Assembly: GCA_031835245.2 (NCBI GenBank)
Contig: JAVKOQ020000032.1
Location: 1 to 64,000, forward strand
DNA: 64,000 bases
Direction of reading: 5' to 3'
From: Balamuthia mandrillaris
Taxonomy: Eukaryota
The notes below the pieces were generated by a model, which was not told the DNA's origin, did no database searches, and saw only the letters and a list, made by a program, of their open reading frames with translations. Position 1 is the stretch's first letter. Every line of letters starts with the position of its first letter. This document shows, in pieces, positions 11,951 to 25,100 of this stretch. A program made the translations under genes and the position numbers.

Positions 11951-12185
11951 TGTTGGTAAAATCACCAACACTTATCTCAAGACTCCTCATGTTGGATCCG
12001 TCCCGGACCCTCAGCTCTCCTTTCTTTTGTATCCTCCATCCTTCCCTTCTCCCTTTTCCCTTTTCTCTCGGTGTACTTTGAAGCAACATCGGAGATTCAC
12101 TCCCGTTGTCCTTCCTCTATTCTCTTGAATACACTTCTTGTCTCATCACCGACTCTTTTATTCTTGAGGTTGGATTCAACCAACA
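11951..12185 (+). repeat. 3' LTR of Gypsy family 1 (235 bp)
   Basis: Begins TGTTGGT just after the PPT and ends ACCAACA (7-bp terminal inverted repeat). The sequence after it resumes the (CT)n intron of the YR-element gene. Only one LTR is present, so it cannot be cross-checked. Confidence 0.8.
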
Positions 12186-12208
12186 TTTCTCTCTCTCTCT
12201 CTCTCTTT

Positions 12209-12241
<33 letters not shown>

Positions 12242-12256
12242 TCTGTCATTCTCCAG

Positions 12257-14235
12257 GGATTTACAATATGTGGATCAATTGGATAACAAAACATGGCAGC
12301 CTATCCATACCACCTCTACCCAAGTCGGCAATACAGAAATGAAGAGGGAGAAGCATCGTGCCAAACGCCATTCTGTTAGGCACCAAAAAGCCATGGACAA
12401 GCTGGCTCAGAAGAGCAGTGAGCTGCAGCAAGACATCTCTGTCGATGCCAGCCCTTGTATAGACTTGACAGAGTTTTTTGGGCCTGACCTTCGCTCTTAT
12501 GCTGCTGTAGACCAGAGTAGTTTGGATGATGCGGAGTTTAGTCTTGATGATGGCAGTATCCTGGGTGGTGGTGGTGGTGGTGGTGGTGGTGGTAGTGGTA
12601 GTGGAAATGCTACCTCAGCTGGTGTGTTCGTAGACACAATGGACCTAGCAGCAACAGCAGAAACAGCGCAGCAAAAACCAAGCTCAACAAAGCGCCCAAG
12701 AGCTATGTCCTCCTCTGCCTCTTCCTCTCCTGTGACAAGCAAGAAGCCACGGAAAGCAGATGATGATCAACTGTTGTTGGAAAAAAAGAAAAAAAAGCAA
12801 CAGCAGAAGCAGAAACAGAAGGACAAGGAGAAGCAGAAGCAGAAGCAACAGCAGAAGAAAAAGAAGAAGGAGAAGGAGAAGGAGAAGGAGAAGCAGAAGC
12901 AGAAGCAACAGCAGAAAAAGAAACAGAAGGAGAAGGAGAAGGAACAGGAGAAGGAGAAGCAGAACCAACAGCAGAAAAAGAAACAAAAGAAGACTGCCAC
13001 CGAGTCAGAGGAGTCCGAAGCCTCATCCGCATCAGAGGCATCAGATAAGTCGGAGGAGTTTGAGGCCTCATCCGAGTCAGAGGCATCAGATAAGTCAGTG
13101 AAGTCAGGCAAGTCAGATGAAGAGGAGGAAGAGGAGGAGGAAGAACCCAAGAAGACAGAGAAGCTTGCAACTTCCACCAAGTCTACTGCTCCTAGCATCA
13201 GCAGTAACAGCAGCAGCAGCAGGCTCCTCATCTTACAACAACTCACATATGCACTAACCACACTTGCCATGCATGCATGCATGCATGCAGATACACGTGA
13301 TGGTGCTGGAGATAGCAAAACAAAGTCAGATATTCCCAACCAGACAGCTCCTTCAACAGCTGCAATGGTGGATAAAGATATTGATGATTCCATACTGATA
13401 GACGTGTTGGAATGTATGTATTTTTATTTCATTTGTCCATTCAAGTTTGGTTCTCTATCTGTCCGTCTGTCTGTCCATCCGTCCGTCAGTTTTTCTACTA
13501 GCTTTGTGTTTTGTCTCTCTTTTGTTGGTTTACTCGTTTTCTGTTTGTTTGTTTGTTTGTTTGTTTGTTTGTTTGTTTGTTTGTTTGTTTGTTTGTCCTC
13601 TTCCTCGTGGTGTTTTTTTTTTGGGCTTTTCAGTTGCAATTCTATGCTTATGCAGTGGCGCTCTGTCAGAGCGGCAGCTTTTTAACTCCAGTTTTGTTCT
13701 TATTATTATTTGTATTTTTTGTTGGTTGTCTTTTTGGTGTTGATTGTTTAGTGCTCCAGCAGAGTGCTATCTTTTTGGAGTTTGTTTGCACTGTTATGCC
13801 TTTGTGATTTCTCATTCAAGCCTTACTGATTTTTGTTGTTGTTGTTGTTGTTGTTGTTCTAGTATCAAAAAAACCTGCTAATGGCCCAGAGAAACAAGCA
13901 GCAGCAGCAGCACAAAATGAAGAAGAGGAGGAAAAAGAAGAAGAAGAAGAAGAAGAAGAAGAAAAAGAAAAAAAAAAAAAGAACCAAAAGCAGCAAAAGC
14001 AGAAGCTGGTGAAAAAGAAGCAGAAAAACAGAAAGAAGAGGAAAAGACAAGTACTACTAAGAGCCCTAGCAGCAAATCTATGCACAAGGCTGCAGCTGCT
14101 GCTCAAAAGGCTATTGCTACTGCTGCTGCCAAATCATCTTTGCAAAGAGCTGCTGCTGCCGTGGCTGCCTCATTTAGCAGTAGCAGCAGAAAAGGAGCCA
14201 CAACTCGTTCACAACGCCGTAACTTAGGCAGGTGA
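12257..14235 (+). pseudogene. 3' exons of the large YR-element gene, copy B
   Basis: Matches 3473-5631. An ~85-bp deletion near 13230 removes the splice donor equivalent to 4549. Confidence 0.75.
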
Positions 14236-14638
14236 TCTCTTTCTCTTTTTAGTTATATTAGTTTGGTTGTTTGAGAGAAAGCTTGAGTTAGTTGATTGGT
14301 TGGTTGGTTGGTGGTAATAATACTGGTTAAACAATGGATGGATGGATGGATGGATGGATGGATGGATGGATAGATGGATGGATGGTAGAACAGTGATGGT
14401 GGTGGTGGCAGTGATGGTGATGGTAAGAGTTGTTAAGCATAGCATGGTGAATAAGGGAGTGAGTGACATGACAAATAAGCAAAAACAGTAGTATTGTTGC
14501 AAATAATAATACTAATAGAAAGACAACAAGAAATGTAAACAAACAAAGAATGAAAAGGCAATTATAAAAATGAACCTCCTGCTACTGCCAGATGTAAAAA
14601 GGAAAGAAAGAAAGAAAAAAAGAAAGAAAGAAAGAAAA

Positions 14639-14673
<35 letters not shown>

Positions 14674-15072
14674 GAAAGAAAGAAAGAAATGATCAAGAAT
14701 GGAAAGGAGAGGAAAAACAAAAACAAGTCTCCAAATAGTTCTCATTATTTATTATTATCTATATCTTCATTCATCCAGACTAGACCTACTAACTTCTTGT
14801 TTCTTTTGTTTCCATTTGTTGTTTGTGTTTGTGTTTGTGTCTACAATTTGCTTGTTTAACAACAACAACAAACAGAAGATAATATATCTATTCCTGCTGT
14901 CTTTGACCAACCACCACCACTAAACAACAACAACAACAAAGAGGTAGCAATAGCAATAGCAGCAGCAACAGAAGAGGATGATAAAGTAACAATTGTCTCA
15001 ATTTCATCATCCTCATCCTCATCAGCAACATCTTTCAATCATCACTTTGCTCCCTATCAGGCTCTCAACACT

Positions 15073-15463
15073 TGTTGGCAACTGCCAACATAACCAACTC
15101 TTTCTTCATTTCTTTCTTCATTTCTTTTCTCTTTTCTGTCAACAATCTCACATCAGCTATCATCAATCTTTTATGTTGACACCAAGCCATTCCAAAGATC
15201 TTTCTCCTGCCTTCCCTGGAACTTTCCCGAGCCTAGAACTTAAGAACAAAGAAACCAAGAAGTCACTCCCCAACCCCGAGCCCCTTTCCTTCCTTGGTTG
15301 CCTTCTCAACTATAAATACTTTTCCCACAACCAAGAACAGACAGATGAATGAACAAAGAAACAAGACACTCACAAACACACTTGTTTTCTTCCTCTCATT
15401 AAATACATTTGGCTCCCATCTTTCTCTTGGTTCCTGTCTTGGTTCTATGCTCAGGTTCTAACA
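15073..15463 (+). repeat. 5' LTR of Gypsy family 2
   Basis: Direct repeat of 20481-20871; TGTT...AACA ends; TATAAAT inside. Confidence 0.96.
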
Positions 15464-15493
15464 TTTTTTTTTGACAAGTCAAACCATTTGGTG

Positions 15494-18400
15494 ATGGAAG
15501 CTTTGCAACAGACACAACAGCAACAGCCGCAAAGCATGGCAACGGGAAACACAAATCAACTGCCTACTTCCGCTGGTGGTTTGTCATCCATAGATTCTCG
15601 GCAAACAACCGCACAACAAATCTTGGCACTTCTGCAGCAGCAACAACAGCAACTGCAGCAGCAACAAATACAACTGCAATCTCTCCTTCAACAGCAATCT
15701 CTTGCTTCTTCAGCACCGGCTGCTTCTTTGTCATCTTCAGCTGCCTCAGGTATAGGTGGTTCGGCTTCTTCTATGCTGCAAACAGTGACTCCTTCTGATT
15801 CAACCAGTGCTGCTTGACCACGGCCAAATCCTTTGGGCTTCAACGCTGATCCGTACTCAGCTCTTTGGTTGCAACAAGAACAACTGCAGGCCCGGATTCT
15901 GGACCCTTCTGTTAATGTGGACACCCTTCAGCAAGAATTAGATGACTTGACTGCGTGTTTTGCTCTTGTAAAGAGAACTTCTGAACTGCGTATTCCTGGC
16001 CAAGATCCACAGACTTCTTCTGACAATTCTCCCGCTGTGCCTCAACTCCAGCGACACATCCTCCCTGTCTCCAAAACGGCTGCAACATTGTCCACCTCAA
16101 TGGTGCTTCCTCAGTCATTCCAAGTCCGACCTGCTTCCGCTTCTTCATCCCTGTCTCCCTCTTCTTCTTCATCATCTGCAACTATTCCCCCTTTGCCTCG
16201 CCGACTGCCCGAATTCAATCCTGCAAAGCACAACACCGTCTCCTTCCTTGAGCGCTTCAAAATGATCCTTGACGTCCATCATTACCCGCCAGATCTTTGG
16301 TACCTTGCTCTCATCTCTCAAATCACTGATCCCGATGCCTTCCACTGGGCAAAGCAAACTTTGGCTTCCGACATGACCTGGGAAGACATTCATGCTGAGT
16401 TTTTGGATCACTTTACATCTCCTGAGTACGAATCCAAGCTTCAGGATGAGTACCACAGTTTCAAGGCCAAACCTGGTGAGACTGTTCGAGCTATTGGTGA
16501 TCATCTTCATTCCCTTCGTGACCAGATGGTGAACAAGCTGTCTACTCCCGTGTTGTTGCACAAGTTTCGGTTGGCCCTTCCTAAGGACATTTGATGAATT
16601 TACATTGGTACTGTCCTCTCAAAGGCTCCTCACTCCTTGGATGAAGTGATCAACATCGCCCTGGTGATTGAAAGCGACCTCTGGGACCCTGATCAGACGA
16701 CTCCTACTGATGATGGTAGCAAAAAGAAGAAGCAACGACCTTACTGTAAGGTCCACAAGATGTTTGGACATAATACATCCGACTGTCATGTGCTTCAACA
16801 CAGGAAACAGCCCAATGGTTCGGGTAACACCTCTTCATCATCATCTAGTACTTCTTCTTCTCCTTCTGGTGCCTCCTCTTCTGGACCATCCCCAGCAACA
16901 AAGTCCAAGAGCCACATTACATGCTACAACTGCAACCAGAAAGGCCATTACTCCAATGAGTGCCTGCTCCCTAAGAAGAAGCCACCAGCTTTGCTCAACT
17001 CTCTTGATGACTCGACTCCTTCCCCTCCTGCGCAACCCTCTGGCAATTCCCTGTCTGCTCTTCATACCGATGATTCATATGAGGAATACAATCATGCTAT
17101 CAACAAGCTCCAAGCTGATTCTCTTTTTCAGCTTGACGCCAACAACGATGACTCTTCTTTTGACAAAATCTGTGTGCCTGCCTTGATTAACAACCATCTG
17201 GTATCCGCCTTTCTTGATACTGGCGCTTCTCGCTTGTTTATTGACTTGGAGACTGCTAAGAAGTTCCACGTCTGATTTCATCTGTTGAAATCTTCCATGA
17301 CCCTTGGCGCTAACAACTCGGTAGCAGAAGTTCACAGCGTAGCCCTCTCTGTTCTGGTCACATGTGGAAAGCTTTGTTTCCATCATCACTTCTGCATCCT
17401 TTTGCTCTCTCAGAGTGAAACAGTCATTTTCGGCCGCGACATGCTGAAGAAATTGGGCCTTGAAATTAGTGGTATTCCCATCAATTTCCCTTCTGCTTCT
17501 CCTTCACCTCCTGATGATTCCAATGTCACGACTCCCAAGCAATATCATGAGAAGTCTCTTCCTCCATCCAAGCAGCAACATATCATCAATGCTATTCAAG
17601 ACCTCTTGGATGTTAACCAACAGCTTCCAGTTGGGCCTTCTTCTCCTCTTCATCAAGCTGTTTTGCATCTCAATATGAATAATCATCGACCCATATTCCA
17701 ACACCAGTACCCCCTTCCTCACGCCTACCACGCTGCTGTTGATGAGCAAATTGAATCCTGGGCCAAGCACCAAGTCATCATTCCTGCCCTGGATGATTGC
17801 CCTTGGAACAGTCCCATCCTAGCTGTTCCCAAAAAGGATGCCTCTGGTCAACTTACTGCAGTACACGTTTGTATTGACCCTCGAGCTATCAATTCTGTTT
17901 TAGTGGATGACATCTACCCTATTCCCCCCATCCTTGACATTGTGGAACGTGTTGCTGGTTTCTTTGTGGCTTCTTTGTTAGATCTTATTTGGTCCTTCAA
18001 CTAAATCCTTGTTGCCCCTGAAGACCAGCCCAAACTTACCTTCACTTGGAAAGGCAAGCGTTGGATGTTCTGTGGTGCTTCTTTTGGCATCAAGACAGTT
18101 CCCTCATGTATGCAGCGTCTGATGACCGTCATTCTCAATAAACTATGCAATTGTTCTGCCCACTACATTGATGATTGTCTAGTGCACACCAAGTCATCTT
18201 CTTCTCTTGATGATCATATCTGTGATCTTCATGCTGTTATTTCTGCTCTCAACAACACGCGCCTTCATCTTTGAACCGAGAAATGTCATTTTGGCTTCAC
18301 GCAGATCAGGCTTGTTGGATTCATTGTTTCCTCCACCAGCTTTGCCCCTGATTGGGACAAATTGTCTGCACTTTGCTCCTTTCCTACTCCTACTACTGGA

Positions 18401-20480
18401 AAGCAGTTGCAATCCTTCCTCGGTTTTGCCAACTTTCTACGGCCTTTCATCCCTCGTTTTGCATGCCTTATGGCTCCTCTTGACGCTCTTCGATATGTCC
18501 ATGATCTCTGACCCTTCTGGACTGCTGATTGTCAAGCTTCTATTGATGCTCTTTGTTGCATCCTCAGTTCGCCTCCTGTCTTGAGCATTCCTGCTCCTGA
18601 TCTCCCTTTTCTTGTTGGAACTGATGCCTCCCAGAATGGTGTTGGTGCTGTTCTCTACCAAGAGACCCCGGACAAGCAACATCGCTACATTGCCTTTGCT
18701 AGCCGTGCACTCAACGATGCCCAGTGCAACTATCCGGCTATGAAACGTGAGCTTCTTGCCGTTGTCTTTGCTCTTCTGCAATTTCAGTGCTGGCTTTATG
18801 GTTGCTGCTTTACCCTTTTCACTGATCACAAGGCTCTCACTTATCTCTTCACTTCCAAGCACTCCAATTATATGCTTAACAACTGGGCCTACATCATCCT
18901 TGAGTACAACTTCGATGTTGTCCATCATCCTGGAATCAAAATGATCCTTGAAGACTGCCTCTCTCGACTCTATCCAAAGAATTTTTGGGAAGAGGATGGT
19001 TCAGCTGGTCTAACCAGGCCGATAATCCCTCAATCTGCAAAAACTCTGACTCCTAAGACCTCCTCATCTTCATCTTCTGCCTTGTCTGCACCTGAGTCAT
19101 CTTCCCTCTCATCTCTTTTTCAGATTGAGCTTGATCAGTTTCCTCCTTCTTCTCTGTCAAAGGATCTTTCTGCCTTTATCAAGACTTTCCACGATAAGAC
19201 TGCCCCCTCATTGGAACAACAACAAGAACTTCTTCAAAAGTTTCACTCTGAAACTCATGAAGGTGCCTCCCATATCTTCAATTGAATTTGGAATGAAGGA
19301 TACTTCTGGCCTTCTCTCTGCTCTGACTGTCACTTTGTCACGTGCTCTTGTGATGCTTGCCGACGCTTCAATGTGGCTAAACATGGCTTTCATCCTTTGA
19401 AGACCATTGCTGCTACTTATCCATTTGACCACATTGCTATCAACCTCTTTGGCCCTCTTCCTTCTGACAAACATGGCTTTTCCTATGTGATGGTACTAGT
19501 TGATATGGCCACTCGCTTCACTCTTCTTCAACCTCTCTCTAACAAAAGCGCTCTTGCCACTGCTCAAGTTCTATACCAGTTTATCTGCAATTTTGGTTTT
19601 CCCAAAATCATTCAATCAGATAATGGTACAGAGTTTGCCAATGCTGTATTGACCGCTTTCAAGAACCTAGCTGGATTTGACCATCATTTCATCTCCTCGT
19701 ATCATCCCTGAGCTAACAGTGCTGCTGAGAGTCACGTTAAACTAGCCAAATCTCTTCTCTTCAAACTTCTCAACAGTGACTGGTCCTCCTGGTCTACAGA
19801 AAGGTATCAACAATTGCTACACCTCTCGTCATTGTTCCTCTCCCTTCGAGCTCTTCTTCGGTCGTCCCTCAAACCCGCCAGACAACTTTTCTTCTTCTAC
19901 CTCTTCACCGCTCTCCCCTGAAGAACGTCAAAAGCAGATTATTGACCTTCGCTCTCTTGTTTGGCCTTCTGCTGCCTCCGCCACTGAAGAATATAATGAC
20001 AAGATTGCTGACTCATTCAACAAGAAAGCTCCTCTTGTTTCCTTTGCTCCTGGTGACACTGTAATGCTTGTAAACTCTGGTGCTAACGCCAAAACTGATC
20101 CCAAGTACCTTGGTCCTTTCTGAGTCATTGAACGTACCTGTCACGGTGCTTACCGCCTAGAAGATCTCACCAGTCAACCTGTTCCTGATACGGTTCCACC
20201 TTCCCTCTTGAAGAAAGTTGATCCACCAAAGCCGCTTTCTTCCCCTTCCTCTTCTTTGGACTCCGCTGATCCTGCTTTGAAACGCTATGAGGTTCACTTC
20301 ATCGTTAATCATCATGGTTCTGCCCGCAACCGTGAGTATCTAGTCCGCTGGAAAGGCTACAGCCCTGGAGGTGACTCCTGGGAACCTCCAAGTCACTTCA
20401 ACGACCCCCGCACTATTGACAATTATTGGAAACATATGCGTAAGAAAGGTAAAATCGCCTCTTCACGGAGGAGGAAGTGA
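15494..20480 (+). pseudogene. gag-pol: Single-frame gag-pol with many nonsense codons and one frameshift (~19790)
   Basis: ORF pieces 15488-19711 share one frame. Zinc knuckles CKVHKMFGHNTSDC and CYNCNQKGHYSNEC; protease LDTGAS; RT PWNSP, YIDD; RNase H TDASQNGVGAVL; integrase SDNGTEF; chromodomain YLVRWKGY. Confidence 0.93.
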
Positions 20481-20871
20481 TGTTGGCAACTGCCAACATA
20501 ACCAACTCTTTCTTCGTTTCTTTCTTCGTTTCTTTTCTCTTTTCTGTCGACAATCTCACGTCAGCTATCATCGATCTTTTATGTCGACACCAAGCCATTC
20601 TGAAGATCTTTCTCCTGCCTTCCCTGGAACTTTCCCGAGCCTAGAACTTAAGAACAAAGAAACCAAGAAGTCACTCCCCAACCCTGAGCCCCTTTCCTTC
20701 CTTGGTTGCCTTCTCAACTATAAATACTTTTCCCACAACCAAGAACAGACAAACAAATGAACGAAGAAACAACACACTCACAAACACACTTGTTTTCTTC
20801 CTCTCATTAAATACGTTTGGCTCCCGTCTTTCTCTTGGTTCCTGTCTTGGTTCTATGCTCAGGTTCTAACA
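20481..20871 (+). repeat. 3' LTR of Gypsy family 2
   Basis: Direct repeat of 15073-15463. Confidence 0.96.
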
Positions 20872-20875
20872 CACT

Positions 20876-22726
20876 CAGTCATTCATTCACCAAGCAGTTT
20901 TTGGATCATTATTTGTTAAAAACACCACCACCAGCTACTGTTGTTGCTTCTGCTCCTGTTATTGTTGTTGATAATCCTGCAGAGCTCTTTTCACCTCCTC
21001 TGTTTTCTGCATCACCCTTTTCATCCACTACTACCACCATTACTCCCACTTCATCATTTACTCAATCACAACCACAACAACTACAACGACAACAACAACT
21101 ACAACAACAATCGTTAGAAAGGACGACCTCTTCTTCTTCTTCTTTTTCTTCTTCTTCTGCTTTTTCTTCTTCTTCTTCTTCTTCTTCTTCTTCTTGTTCT
21201 CCTTCTTCTCCTCCTCCTTCTTCTTCTTCTTCTCTCCCTTCTTCTCCTCCTTCTTCTTCTTCTTCTTCATCTTCTTCATCTTCTTCTTTTTCTTCTTCTT
21301 CTTTGTGTTCTTCTTCTTCTTCTTCTTCTTCTTCTTCTTCTTCTTCTTCTTTTTCTTCTTTTTCTTCTTCTTCTGCTTTTTCTTCTTCTTCTTCTTCTTC
21401 TTCAAATTCAGAGTTCTTTGTCTTTGAGAACAATGATGGTGATGTTATGGATAGTGGTGATGACAGTAATTTATCATCATCATTATCATCATCCTCATTA
21501 AGAGGAAGAAGAGGAGGAGTAGAAACAGATATAGATGCAACAAGCAAAACAACAGCTCCACCAACATTGATAGATTTGTTGTTGTTAACTGAAGATGAAG
21601 AAGAAGATGAAGAAGAACACAAAGAAGAAAAACAAGGAAAAAAGAGAAAAATAGAGAAACAACAAAATAGAGCTAGAACAAATGATGATACTGATGACGA
21701 TACTACACATGACAGCAGTAGAAGTAATGGCGGTGGTGATGGTGGAGGAAGACGTCTTTCTCGTGCTATCACATTGATGAACCGTTTGATAGAAGAGCGG
21801 TGGACAGAGTTGAAGGCAGTGACGAGTCGATGGAGCCCTTCTACCCAACGTAAACATGCCTGGACTTTGACCATCTGGGAAGCACATTGTGCGCATCATA
21901 AATGTTTGCCAGCTCTTCCTTTGAATCTCCAACGTCATAACATAGGAGCCTTTGTTCAATGGTTGATTTTGGATGTGGGTTATGCCTTGAGCTCTGTGCG
22001 TGATGTCATGATTGCCAGTCTTTATCATTTGCATGATGAAAGTATCCAACAACAGCTTGACTCCCTTTCTGCATCCTCCTCCTTCTCCTCTTCCTCCTCC
22101 TCCTCCTCCTCTGTTTCCTCCATGATCTCTTCGTCTCCAGCATCATCATCACCTACCACTTCTCCTCCTCCTTCTCCTTTATCCAGAACCATTCTTGGTG
22201 ATGGTGTTGCTCGAGCAGCCACAACAGCAGCGACAGGACGCACTACAGCATTGACAGCAACCTCAGACCATGCTTACTTGTTGTTGCTAAAAAACCAAAT
22301 GGATGCCATCAAAGATCAAGTCAAACAGGCCATTCGGCATTGCAAAAGAGCCAAACCCTCCTGTTCTAGCAAACAATTGTGCAAAGACGCATGTTTGTTA
22401 GATGATGTCTTACATATCATCACATCCACTCCAGATGGACTGGTGAGCAAAGCTGGTGAAGCCAGTTGTTGGTTACACAGTGTTTGTACTGGTGCCAGAG
22501 CCATTACAGCTGCAAACATTCGTTTGGGTGATATTGTGGCATTTCGACCTAAACTTTCATCCTCCTCTTCCAACAACAACAACAACAATGGCAACCTCAG
22601 CTGCCATCACCAAGAGGATGCATTTTCTGCTCCTCCTCTTTATTTCCTTTCGTTGCGCCAACAAGTCACCAAAGGAATACCAAATCATTGGAATCATGTC
22701 GTTACATTTGAAGGTTATTTAACACC

Positions 22727-22760
<34 letters not shown>

Positions 22761-24961
22761 TCACGAGGATCATCTTCTTCACCATCACCATCATCATCAT
22801 CACCACTTAGCACCATCACTGCTACAACCTCTGCTGCTGCCGCCACCACCGCTGCTGCCACATCAACAACATCAACACCAAGCATTTGTCTTGGAGATTT
22901 TATTTACTGGTTAAACAAGCATCTGTTATGCAAGCATGGTTTGGATTTGCGCGAGTTTCACAACTGGCACTTAACGGATGCACAAAAACAAACATCATTA
23001 TGGGGATGATCACGCGATACTTTAAATGCCAAGTTGCAAGATCAGGCTGTTTGGGCTGGTTATCCTGAAGGATTGTTTTCCTTTCACTCCTTGCGTGCTG
23101 GCTTCCTTTGCACTGCCTTGATCTTGGAGGGACTGCAGGAAGGTCACAGTCAGAACAATGTACTGGATACTACTGCCCTTATCGCAGGTTGGGTACCTCG
23201 TGGTAGATCCCAGCAAGTCTACGTCAAGGATACATTAAAACGTGCTATTGTGGCCAATCACTTGATCAGCAATGTTACTACTCATCCTCATTCTTCTTCT
23301 TCTTCTTCTTCTTCTTCGTCATCTTCATCCTCTGTTGCAACTACCACTGCTGATTATCATCCTCCTCGACATTGCAGTTTGTTACTGCTCATCTGATTTT
23401 TGTTTTTTCTTTTGTTTTTTCTTTGGCTGGGCTGGCTGCCTGACCAGCGTCAATAAACTACCACCATCACCACCACCACCACCACTACCACTTGATGGAC
23501 TGACTTGCTCTCTTTTTGGTTCTTTTCATCCTCACTCCTTTGCATGCATACAGTTATTGCTCCAGAGCTAGTTACCAAAGAAGCATTTCACAATCTATCC
23601 CCAGATGCTTTGCAACAATCCAACTGGTCTGCAGATACCAACTATCAGAGTTTTATTCATGCTGTTCGCCAACGGTTTGTTTGTGTGTTGTTTGTTTGTT
23701 TTGTTTGCATAGTATCCACCACCATCACCACTATCTATCATCTATCTATCTATCTATCTATTTATTTATCTATCCAGTCAGTCATGGCTTGTTTGTTTGC
23801 TTGCTTGCTTGCATTCAAAAATGCACCCTTAGACCTAGCGCTCAGCTAGAACGCACAGGTTTATTGTGGCAGCAGCAACATTCATAGTCTAAACAATAAT
23901 TGTTATGATTGGTCTTGGTTCATTTGTTCTTCTTTTGACATCCACTCACACTTTGTTTTTTGTCTCTTTTCCCTTTTTCTTTCTTTCCCTCTTTCTTTCT
24001 CTCGCTTTCTCTTTCTCTTTCTCTTTCTCTTGTTCTTTCTTTCTTTCTCGCTTTCTCTTTCTCTCTTCTTCTTCGTTTACACTGCTTCTTTAGGTGGTTC
24101 ATGAAATGAACAGATTTGCCAACCAAAGATCAACAAATACGATTTTATCGCTCCTTGTGGCTTGAATGTTGTACCGCTTGGGTAGAAAATCATCCAGATG
24201 AGTTTGATAAGGATGTGCTAGCTGAAGCTGCAGCCACCTATGAGGCCAAAAACAAATCTCCTCTTCGTTGGCCCAATATTCATCGCCAGCTGTGCCGTCA
24301 ACACATCTCTGGCATTCTACAAAGCTTTTTCAGTGGCTTGAATGAGCTGGTGGATGAGTTTGTAGCTCCTATACTTCCCAAGTTGGTCAACGGATCACCC
24401 AATCACAAAGCATTCCTGCTCACCCCTCGTCAAGAGCCATCATCCTCCTCCCTTGCTTCTCTTGATGATGATGATGACAAGAGTCCTGACTCAAAAAAAC
24501 AAACACCACGACGACAATGACTTCGCAGAGCACTTCAGTGACAACAATTGTTATCCAGTCGACTCAAATATCAGAAGAATGGCCATCGGCAACGAATCAC
24601 TTGGCAGGCACCAGAAATCCGTAGACTTGTCACTTGGCGCTTGCGTGATGAATGGTCTTGGTTGGAGATTGCCAAACACTTGCCTACCCAACGTCGAACC
24701 AACAATGATTGCTATGATAAATGGCGCAATCTCCTCACAGAATTCTCCAACAATCTGGACGCTTTGAAGGCCAAATACTTGGTGGCCCATGATGAGGACT
24801 TTGACAAATCAGATGATGATGATAATGACAACACTTCCTCTCCATCATCATCTCCTACTTCTACTACCACTACAGTTATATCCATCTTGGATGAAGAGGA
24901 AGAGACAGAGGAGAATGATGATGATGATGATGATGATGATATTATGATTATATCTTGTTAG
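20876..24961 (+). pseudogene. Tyrosine recombinase-Myb fusion, copy B (several stops; 5' region split by Gypsy-2)
   Basis: Same motifs as copy A (TGAR, HSLRAGF, AGW, DKWRNL). Stops at ~23007, ~24107, ~24518, ~24539. Confidence 0.8.
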
Positions 24962-25100
24962 ATTATATAGTCATTCCTATACAAAAATTGAAAAAATTGC
25001 TACTTTGACCCACTTTATCCGTTAGACTTATAGACTTAGAGTTTTATAGAATGGACCATGGGGAGTTGAATGCCGTAGGTTCTGAGTACCCGCCCCTAAC

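Larger units (their letters stand above)
9721..12185 (+). mobile_element. 5'-truncated Ty3/Gypsy chromovirus-type LTR retrotransposon (family 1)
   Basis: pol starts mid-RT, followed by a PPT (AAGAGGGGGAG, 11938-11948) and a 3' LTR. No gag, protease or 5' LTR in the window. Confidence 0.92.
15073..20871 (+). mobile_element. Full-length inactive Ty3/Gypsy chromovirus-type LTR retrotransposon (family 2)
   Basis: Two 391-bp LTRs (TG...CA). 4-bp TSD CACT (15069-15072 and 20872-20875). PPT GGAGGAGGAAG before the 3' LTR. gag-PR-RT-RH-IN-chromo order. Confidence 0.96.
12186..25100 (+). mobile_element. Putative tyrosine-recombinase DNA element, copy B (5' part cut by Gypsy-1; interrupted by Gypsy-2)
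   Basis: Paralogous to ~3396-9720. The terminal 139 bp (24962-25100) appear identical to 9582-9720. Confidence 0.7.
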
